Assembly: GCA_009924725.1 (NCBI GenBank)
Contig: RFRA01000001.1
Location: 1 to 33,363, forward strand
From: Actinomycetota bacterium
GTDB taxonomy: Bacteria > Actinomycetota > Actinomycetes > Nanopelagicales > Nanopelagicaceae
Length of the DNA: 33,363 nt
Direction of reading: 5' to 3'
Of the stretch, positions 26,684 to 33,363 are shown piece after piece (position 1 is the first letter of the stretch; each line of letters starts with the position of its first letter). The position numbers were made by a program, and so were the translations under genes. The notes beneath the pieces are model-generated. The model had not been told where the DNA came from. It ran no database searches and worked only from the letters and a program-made list of their open reading frames with translations.

Positions 26684-28678
26684 GTGAGCAGTGCACTGTC
26701 GACCCAAACCCGCAAAGCCCTTGAGGCTGCCGTGGCGGCAATTGGTGGGCAAACTCGTGAAGGTCAGATTGAAATGGCCGAAGCTGTAGCTAACGCGCTT
26801 AGCGATCAACATCATTTAATGGTGCAAGCAGGTACTGGCACTGGAAAATCACTGGCTTATTTAGTACCCGCACTTGTACATGGCCGAAAAGTTTTAGTAG
26901 CAACCGCCACCCTTGCGCTGCAGCGTCAGTTAGTAGAACGCGATCTGCCGGCCGTTGTGCCAGCTCTTGAAAAAGCGCTTGGTCGCGAGATCACTTACGC
27001 TGTTTACAAAGGTGTTGGCAATTATGTTTGCTTACAGAAAATGAATTCCGAAACTGCTGACCCCGATGGTGAAGTACTTCTCGAAATTTCTAGTTTAGGC
27101 AAAGATGCCAATCGCTTAACTGCGTGGGCTAAGACGCCAGGGGTTAGCGGTGATCGCGATGATGCCCCCGATGTTGATCGCCGAGTCTGGTTAGCCAACT
27201 CATTATCTGGTCGCGAATGTGTCGGCGCCGATGTTTGTGCTTACGGCGCACAATGTTTTGCAGCCAAGGCCAAAGCAAAAGCGCAAACTGCTGATGTGGT
27301 AATTACCAACCACACGTTGTTAGCAATTGAAATTGTTGATTCACACCCGATCTTGCCTGAACGAGATGCGGTGATTCTCGATGAAGCCCATGAGTTTATG
27401 GATCGCACAACACAGGCTGTGACTGAAGAACTAACTTCGGCTCGCGTTATTCGAGCGGCCGCCATGGCCCGTAAACATTTACCCGGCAAGCTGGCCGATA
27501 CTTTTGTAAAGGTCGCCGATGATTTCCATGATGCGATGGCTGATTACGGCCAAGATATCCGGGGCGATTTCACTAAGAGCGGTCGCTTAGAAGATATTCC
27601 AGCATCGCTAGAAGCCCCAATTCGCAAGGTTTTAGAGGCAGCTAAAGCGATTACTGCGTTGATTGCAGTAGATGAAGAAATCGTTGACTCTGACACGATT
27701 GCCGAACGTGCCCGAGTAAAAGGCGCGGTCAATGAGATTGCAACTACTTGCGGCAAATTACTCAAGCAGAGCAATAGCCAAGTGCTTTGGTATGAGCCAA
27801 CTTTTTCTACGCTTTATTTAGCACCCCTTTCAGTCTCTGAAGTTTTGCGTTCGAATCTTTTAACGAAGACACCAGTAATCGCAACTTCGGCAACTTTGAC
27901 AGTCGGCAACTCATTTGATGCGATGGCTAAGTCAATCGGTTTCTTAGTTGGAAATGATCCAGATACTGAAGTGGCTAAAGATGAGATTGATCCAGCAAAT
28001 GTGCAGATGCTCGATGTTGGCTCACCATTTGATTTTGCTAATCAAGGTGTTTTGTATTTACCTAAACATTTACCCGAACCAGGTCGCGATGGCTTAAGCC
28101 AGGAAGTACTCGATGAGCTAGGTGAGTTAATTGATGCCGCCGGTGGTCGCACCTTGGCGCTATTTAGTTCTTGGCGCGGAGTCGAAGCCGCCGATGCGCA
28201 CCTACGTAAAGTCTTAGCCGAACTTCCGATCAAGATCATTACCCAAAAACGTGGCGACTCGGTTGGTCCACTAGTTGAAAAATTTGCTAGCGATGAAACT
28301 TCAATTCTGTTAGGCACGATGTCTTTGTGGCAAGGCGTTGATGTGCCGGGCCGCGCATGTTCATTAGTGGTAATTGATCGCATTCCGTTCCCGCGCCCTG
28401 ATGAACCCGTAATGGCAGCGCGCGCAGCGCAGGCAGATAAAGCCGGCGGCAGCGGATTCATGCAGGTCTCAATGCCACGGGCTGCGCTCTTGTTGGCGCA
28501 GGGCACAGGGCGCTTGATTCGATCCGAAGCCGATCGCGGGGTAGTAGCAATTCTGGATTCACGCATCGTAAATAAGCGTTACGGAAGTGTGCTTTTGAAC
28601 TCTATGCCCCCGTTGTGGCGCACAACTGACCCAGCCGTCGTGCGAGATTCACTGCGCCGATTAGCGCAAGAAATGTAA
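26684..28678 (+). CDS. dinG: DinG-family ATP-dependent DNA helicase
   Basis: Q motif REGQ, QAGTGTGKS, four Fe-S cysteines (NYVC...ECVG..C....CF), DEAH, TSATL, WQGVD, QGTGRLIR. Confidence 0.93.
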   Translation: MSSALSTQTRKALEAAVAAIGGQTREGQIEMAEAVANALSDQHHLMVQAGTGTGKSLAYLVPALVHGRKVLVATATLALQRQLVERDLPAVVPALEKALGREITYAVYKGVGNYVCLQKMNSETADPDGEVLLEISSLGKDANRLTAWAKTPGVSGDRDDAPDVDRRVWLANSLSGRECVGADVCAYGAQCFAAKAKAKAQTADVVITNHTLLAIEIVDSHPILPERDAVILDEAHEFMDRTTQAVTEELTSARVIRAAAMARKHLPGKLADTFVKVADDFHDAMADYGQDIRGDFTKSGRLEDIPASLEAPIRKVLEAAKAITALIAVDEEIVDSDTIAERARVKGAVNEIATTCGKLLKQSNSQVLWYEPTFSTLYLAPLSVSEVLRSNLLTKTPVIATSATLTVGNSFDAMAKSIGFLVGNDPDTEVAKDEIDPANVQMLDVGSPFDFANQGVLYLPKHLPEPGRDGLSQEVLDELGELIDAAGGRTLALFSSWRGVEAADAHLRKVLAELPIKIITQKRGDSVGPLVEKFASDETSILLGTMSLWQGVDVPGRACSLVVIDRIPFPRPDEPVMAARAAQADKAGGSGFMQVSMPRAALLLAQGTGRLIRSEADRGVVAILDSRIVNKRYGSVLLNSMPPLWRTTDPAVVRDSLRRLAQEM

Positions 28679-28688
28679 AGATTGGCTT

Positions 28689-29276
28689 ATGCCTCGGATA
28701 AACACCATGAACTTGGTGCAACAACGTGAATGGCGCCGCAGCCAGTTGATTAGTGCTGCCGCAGCGATTGCCCTCGAATCTGGCAGTGAAGCAATTACCG
28801 TTGCAGCTGTTGCGCAACGAGCAGGGTTAGCTCGAACTTCAGTTTATGAATATTTCGGTAGTAGCGCCGAACTCGTAGCAGATTTGATTATTGAAGAGTT
28901 ATCGGCATTTACCGAAATCTTGGTGACTGCAGTCGAGCCAGCGAAATTGCCCGAAGAAGCAATTGCTAACTGGATTAATTCCGCCCTGCAGTACATCGCA
29001 GATGGTCGCCACTTATTAGCCAAGGCGCTTAGTGCAACTTCGCTACCCGTAAATCGAAGCGCTGAAATTGGCGCAGCTCACCGGGCGTTGCTAGCACCAT
29101 TAAAATCTGCCCTAACCGAAATTGGCGTACGCGATTTGAACTATGCCTTAAGCATGATTCAGTCGCTAACTGATGCCGCAACTAAGCGAATCGAAAACGG
29201 CAACGCGGCAGAGCTGGAAATTTCCAAAACTACCGCTTTTTGTATTGCGGGTTTACGAACTCTTATTGAATCGTAA
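28689..29276 (+). CDS. TetR/AcrR-family transcriptional regulator
   Basis: ITVAAVAQRAGLARTSVYEYFGS HTH motif. Confidence 0.92.
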   Translation: MPRINTMNLVQQREWRRSQLISAAAAIALESGSEAITVAAVAQRAGLARTSVYEYFGSSAELVADLIIEELSAFTEILVTAVEPAKLPEEAIANWINSALQYIADGRHLLAKALSATSLPVNRSAEIGAAHRALLAPLKSALTEIGVRDLNYALSMIQSLTDAATKRIENGNAAELEISKTTAFCIAGLRTLIES

Positions 29277-30225
29277 TTGTATGGGTGTCCTTAACCCCCG
29301 CAAATAGATTGGCTACTCCTGGGCCAGTAATCGAAATTGAACACTCACCTTTGGTCAGTGCAATCACTTTGTTTTTCAAAACTCGACAAGCTTTACTTGA
29401 AGTTTTAAATTTCAGTGATTCACCAAACAAGCTTTCGCTCTTTAGCAGAACGCTCTTATGAATTTTCATAGTCATTGGATAAGCCTTGTGCAAGATGCCA
29501 TCGGTTCCTGGCGTTAAATAAATCGGGAAATGAACCTCAATTGGTCCATAGGTAGCGTTGCCGGGTGAGGTAATCCCAATATCGCATGCACCAGTGCCTT
29601 TAAGGGCAGTAACAACCCCGTTAACTAGCGTGCAAGCAGGCGCATAAGACTTATAAGTCAAAGCAGCACCTGATTTAGCACTTGCCAGAAGTAGCCCTGG
29701 GGCTCGATAAGCCATCGTGATTGGGTTTCGTTGGCTTAACGCAACGCCACCAATTGAAGCGGTAATTTCATCACTAACCAAGGTTGGCGTGTTGTCACCA
29801 CTCTTAAACTTTAGGGCAATGAAGTTATCTTCGCTGAAATCTGTGCCGTTATTATGGTCATAGCGAATGTAGATACCGCAAGAGACTTTACGGCAATCAA
29901 TCTCTTCACCGGTACGAGTCTTGTAACTTGCTACCGGCTTGAAAACGATATTAGCCGTTGGCAGGAAATTGGCACCTGGTTGAGTTGAGATCCAGAGTTG
30001 AGCGGCATCGTTGCAAGTAGTTGGTCGAGTCGGCCCAGTAGGCGCGGTGCATTGCAAGAAGTACAGACCTGCTTTAGTTGGGAAATCAGTGATCGACAAG
30101 TTGATGGTAGGAGCTGCAGATAAATCAGTTAGTGGTCCACCTACTACCTTGGCTTGCGCGTTAGCTGCAGTTGGTGAAACCAGCAGCCCTGCGATAACAG
30201 ATATGGTCAGGATTATTTTTCTCAA
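29263..30225 (-). CDS. Secreted Cys-rich protein: neocarzinostatin-apoprotein-like N-domain plus two small Cys repeats
   Basis: Signal peptide (ANA). GLYFLQC..C..WIS..IDCRKVSCGIYIRYDH..D.SED...LKF, then two C-x-(L/V)...V.AL..G.C.I.IT.PG repeats. TTG start after AGGAG. The fold is inferred. Confidence 0.65.
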   Translation of the reverse strand: MRKIILTISVIAGLLVSPTAANAQAKVVGGPLTDLSAAPTINLSITDFPTKAGLYFLQCTAPTGPTRPTTCNDAAQLWISTQPGANFLPTANIVFKPVASYKTRTGEEIDCRKVSCGIYIRYDHNNGTDFSEDNFIALKFKSGDNTPTLVSDEITASIGGVALSQRNPITMAYRAPGLLLASAKSGAALTYKSYAPACTLVNGVVTALKGTGACDIGITSPGNATYGPIEVHFPIYLTPGTDGILHKAYPMTMKIHKSVLLKSESLFGESLKFKTSSKACRVLKNKVIALTKGECSISITGPGVANLFAGVKDTHTITIQ

Positions 30226-30234
30226 TTGGATCTC

Positions 30235-30714
30235 CTATTTGAATGTGATTGGTAAATAAAGGTCATGGCTACGATCTTCACTTCTTAAATGATCTGCTCT
30301 TACTGTGATAGCACATTTCACTTTTGTGCAATCAAATTTTCCAATTTTCTTCGCAACTCGAATTTTGTAACTGAAACGACCACCAGGTTTAAATGGATCT
30401 GCTAACCCGACTCCGTATGGTGGTGGGTTTGAAGAAATCCAGAACGAACCTTCACCAACGCCAGCTTTGTTTACACCGCCACCACATGGGGTTGGTTGTA
30501 ATCCTGATTTCGGAATCACGCAAATCGCTAAGTAAATTCCAACACTCTCATCAAAGCGTTTTCCGGTAACGGTGATAACTGAGTTATTAGCCACTGAAGT
30601 GGCTGACGTGGTCAGAGTTTGACCCAGTTCGCCAGTCACAGATTTATTGGCAGCGTATGAGTTTTGCGGCAGCGCTAAGGCCAAAAGAAGGCTCAAAATA
30701 AGGGTTTTGCGCAT
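30235..30714 (-). CDS. Secreted Cys-rich single-domain protein (159 aa), paralog of the downstream N-domain
   Basis: MRKTLILSLLLALALPQNSYAA signal, GIYLAIC..PC..WISSNPP..DCTKVKCAITVRADH..DRSHDLYLPITF. Start corrected to ATG 30714 (TACGGT 6 nt upstream). Confidence 0.7.
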   Translation of the reverse strand: MRKTLILSLLLALALPQNSYAANKSVTGELGQTLTTSATSVANNSVITVTGKRFDESVGIYLAICVIPKSGLQPTPCGGGVNKAGVGEGSFWISSNPPPYGVGLADPFKPGGRFSYKIRVAKKIGKFDCTKVKCAITVRADHLRSEDRSHDLYLPITFK

Positions 30715-30749
30715 ATGCAAACCGTAGTGCCCGAGTGTAAAAAAGTTAG

Positions 30750-30774
30750 CCGACAGAACATTCGTATCTGTCGG
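30750..30774. promoter_or_regulatory. Inverted repeat between divergent promoters (candidate operator)
   Basis: CCGACAGA-N9-TCTGTCGG. Confidence 0.5.
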
Positions 30775-30798
30775 GCCGATCTTTGGCACAATGGGCAA

Positions 30799-31740
30799 AT
30801 GCGCCGGCTGCCAACTTTAAAAGTAATAGCGCTCACACTTATGCCAATTTTATTTCTCACAGCATGCGCTCAGAGTTCTGCAAATTCACAAACTGAAATT
30901 ACGCAAGCCGATGTAACTAGCATTTCAATCGACCCAGTTGAGAAATTAACCGATGTGCGGATTGTGACGCTGGCCAATGGGGCTGCTGAACTAATTGCGG
31001 CCATGGGCTATTTAGATAACTTAGTCGGACGAGATATTGCCAGCAGTACAACTGAGTTAAAGGATGTTCCAATAGTTACATCCGGGCATCAAGTAATCCC
31101 CGAGACAATTATTGCGTTACAGCCAACTTTGGTAATCATCGATGATGCCACTGGGCCAGATAGTGCAATCACCAAGCTAGAAAGTTCCGGAATCCGAATA
31201 GTTAAAATTTCACAAAGCTGGAACTTGACAGATTTAATGATAAAAATTGATCAGATCGGCACCGCACTCGGGGCACCAAAGAGTGCAACGTTGCTAAGAA
31301 AAGTGCTCTCTGAATCAATTAGCGGAAATCTTGATGTCGGTGGCCCGGCCGACAAGAAATTAAAGGTTGCCTTTCTATATTTACGTGGCACAAGTTCAAT
31401 CTATTTAGTTGGCGGACCAGGATCAGGCGCTGACTATTTAATCAAAGCCACGGGGGCAACTGATATCGGTGCCCAGAAACTCGATAAACCTTTCACGCCT
31501 CTTACTGCTGAAACAATGGCGAAACTGAATCCCGATTTAATTCTGGTGATGATTGCTGGTCTGGAATCGGTCGGGGGAGTAACCGGGCTAGTTGAATTGC
31601 CAGGTATCGCCCAGACTGCGGCTGGAAAAAATCGCCAAGTTGTCGCAGTCGATGACTCACTTCTTTTAAGTTTTGGGCCGCGAACTCCATCTCTGATTAG
31701 CAGATTAGCTGCTGCCTTTGGGGTGATCGCAATTGCGTAA
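30799..31740 (+). CDS. hmuT: Heme ABC transporter substrate-binding lipoprotein, HmuT-like
   Basis: Lipobox LTAC, LVGRD, VTSGH (His ligand) and AFLYLRG (Tyr ligand) as in actinobacterial HmuT, LLSFGPRT. Start corrected to ATG 30799. Confidence 0.8.
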   Translation: MRRLPTLKVIALTLMPILFLTACAQSSANSQTEITQADVTSISIDPVEKLTDVRIVTLANGAAELIAAMGYLDNLVGRDIASSTTELKDVPIVTSGHQVIPETIIALQPTLVIIDDATGPDSAITKLESSGIRIVKISQSWNLTDLMIKIDQIGTALGAPKSATLLRKVLSESISGNLDVGGPADKKLKVAFLYLRGTSSIYLVGGPGSGADYLIKATGATDIGAQKLDKPFTPLTAETMAKLNPDLILVMIAGLESVGGVTGLVELPGIAQTAAGKNRQVVAVDDSLLLSFGPRTPSLISRLAAAFGVIAIA

Positions 31741-32731
31741 TCGAAGTACTTTTCTGACGTTTAATCTGGTTTTTCTGTTGGCTTTGGTTGCGCTTTCGTT
31801 AAGTGTTGGCGCAACCCAGATTGATGGTCTGTTATCGGCTTTGTTACACCCGAGTGCAAATACCAGTGCGGCTGAAATACTTTGGCAGATCCGAATCCCG
31901 CGCATTGTTACGGCGCTAATTGTGGGTGCAGCTCTAGGGATTGCCGGCGCCCTGGCACAAGGCGCTACCAATAACCCACTAGCTGAGCCGGCCATCTTAG
32001 GAACTTCGGCAGGTGCCGCGCTCGCCGTCGTAATTGGTGTGATGACAAACGTGGTGATGATTGGTTCAGTGGGCGCAATGGCAGTTGCTGCAATCGGTGC
32101 CTTACTGGCAACTCTTTTGACGTTGCGCTTTGCAACGCTTGATCGCAATGTGTCACCACTTAATTTGGTGATTATTGGGCTTTCGCTTTCAGCGACCATT
32201 TCAGCAATAGTTGGGCTCTTAACCACTGCGATCACGCGGTCAGATGCCAGATCGATTTCGTTCTGGAGTTTTGGTTCGTTGGCCTTAACTAATTCGAGCG
32301 ATTTAATTCCACTGCTGATTTTTACAATGGTCGGCATCGCGCTCGCACTGTTTGTGGCACCAAAGTTAGATTTACTTTCACTCGGCGATGCAACTGCCAG
32401 ACACCTCGGTATTGATCCGCGTCGAGTTCGCCGAGTTGCCCTGATTGCGTTAGCAATATTAATTGGAGCTGCCGTTAGTACCGTCGGCACAATCTCATTT
32501 TTAGGTTTAGCGGCACCACATATCGCCCGCTTAATCGGGGGCCCAAAACATCGACCACTGATTTTGCAAAGTGCGCTGTTAGGAGCAACTATTTTGTTAC
32601 TGGCCGATACGTTGGCACGTACCATCGTCTCGCCAATTGAATTAAATGTGGGGCTATTTACCGCCCTGATCGGTGCGCCGATTCTGGCGCTTTTGGTGCG
32701 CAATCGCCAAAGCAGTTGGAGCCAATCATGA
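31733..32731 (+). CDS. hmuU: FecCD-family permease, HmuU-like
   Basis: IRIPRI, NPLAEPAILGTSAGA, FWSFGSL, ISFLGL..PHIAR, ADTLAR, GAP motifs. Confidence 0.85.
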   Translation: MRNRSTFLTFNLVFLLALVALSLSVGATQIDGLLSALLHPSANTSAAEILWQIRIPRIVTALIVGAALGIAGALAQGATNNPLAEPAILGTSAGAALAVVIGVMTNVVMIGSVGAMAVAAIGALLATLLTLRFATLDRNVSPLNLVIIGLSLSATISAIVGLLTTAITRSDARSISFWSFGSLALTNSSDLIPLLIFTMVGIALALFVAPKLDLLSLGDATARHLGIDPRRVRRVALIALAILIGAAVSTVGTISFLGLAAPHIARLIGGPKHRPLILQSALLGATILLLADTLARTIVSPIELNVGLFTALIGAPILALLVRNRQSSWSQS

Positions 32732-33336
32732 TTTCAGCTAATTCAATCTCAGTCGCTCGTGGTGCAAAGCCCGTCATTAAAGACTTTAGCGCCGAGTTTA
32801 AAGCCGGCACCATCACGGCAATCATCGGACCAAACGGTTGCGGCAAAAGCACTTTGCTTGCAGCCATTGCTGGCGATCTGCCGTTAACTAGTGGCGTTAT
32901 TTCATTAAAGGAAAAAGATCTAGCAAGTTATCAGTTTGCTGAGTTAGCTAAGTTGCGCAGTGTGGTTTTGCAACAACCAATATTTAATTTAGCTTTCACA
33001 GTTCAAGAAGTGTTAGCAATGGCGCGTGCTGCTGGTTCTACCCTTGAATCTGAAAGCGCCGCAATAACCAAGTTAGGAATCAGCGAATTAGTTGATCGAA
33101 AAGTAACTCAGTTATCGGGGGGTGAAAGACAGCGTGTTGCAATTGCCCTAGCGCTAGCAGTTGATGCTCCGGTTTTGTTACTAGATGAACCACTTGCTGC
33201 CCAAGATGTTGAGAGCACTAATCGAATTATTGAACTACTTACGACTGAGGCGAAAGCTGGCAAAACAGTTATCTTGGTGGCACATTTGCCAGCAGCAGAT
33301 TTAAACTGGTGCGATCAAATCATACAGAATTTCTAA
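32728..33336 (+). CDS. hmuV: Heme/iron-chelate ABC transporter ATP-binding protein, HmuV-like
   Basis: GPNGCGKST, LSGGERQRV, LLDEP. ATG 32728 overlaps the permease stop (ATGA). Confidence 0.82.
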   Translation: MISANSISVARGAKPVIKDFSAEFKAGTITAIIGPNGCGKSTLLAAIAGDLPLTSGVISLKEKDLASYQFAELAKLRSVVLQQPIFNLAFTVQEVLAMARAAGSTLESESAAITKLGISELVDRKVTQLSGGERQRVAIALALAVDAPVLLLDEPLAAQDVESTNRIIELLTTEAKAGKTVILVAHLPAADLNWCDQIIQNF

Positions 33337-33363
33337 AACCTGCGGCCAAGTTTTCGCAAAACT

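Noticed and set aside
31705-32703. Long 332-aa antisense ORF
   Set aside because: It is the antisense shadow of the FecCD permease and has no motifs of its own.
30799-33336. Cobalamin (BtuFCD) importer serving the B12-dependent NrdJ
   Set aside because: The SBP has the HmuT-type His and Tyr motifs and no cobalamin riboswitch is visible upstream, so heme is the better call. B12 is not formally excluded.

Overview
A 33.4-kb, gene-dense bacterial chromosomal segment from an Actinobacterium. It most resembles the streamlined freshwater acI lineage (Ca. Nanopelagicales). That is an inference from the lexA / LysM-gene / nrdR / nrdJ synteny, TCGAAC-N4-GTTCGA SOS boxes, mycoredoxin, moderate GC, many leaderless genes and a C-terminal TITCxKGK..KKV....CPxGY motif. 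From left to right: (1) a variable region with a partial HExxH metallopeptidase, mycoredoxin, a DUF4236-TPR protein, an FN3/coiled-coil surface protein bracketed by a 60-bp direct repeat, and two small divergent genes behind back-to-back PafBC-type promoter motifs; (2) core lexA, LysM division inhibitor, nrdR and nrdJ with SOS and NrdR boxes; (3) an esterase and a LacI-controlled sugar-type ABC importer operon ending in three tandem ADP-ribosylglycohydrolase-family genes; (4) a Liv-type ABC importer plus acetoacetate-CoA ligase, divergent from an alpha/beta hydrolase and 3-hydroxybutyrate dehydrogenase (putative 3-hydroxybutyrate/PHB-oligomer scavenging); (5) dinG and a TetR regulator; (6) two secreted Cys-rich proteins divergent from an HmuTUV-like heme importer. 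No rRNA, tRNA, CRISPR array or transposase was seen. All calls come from reading motifs by eye; no database search was run.
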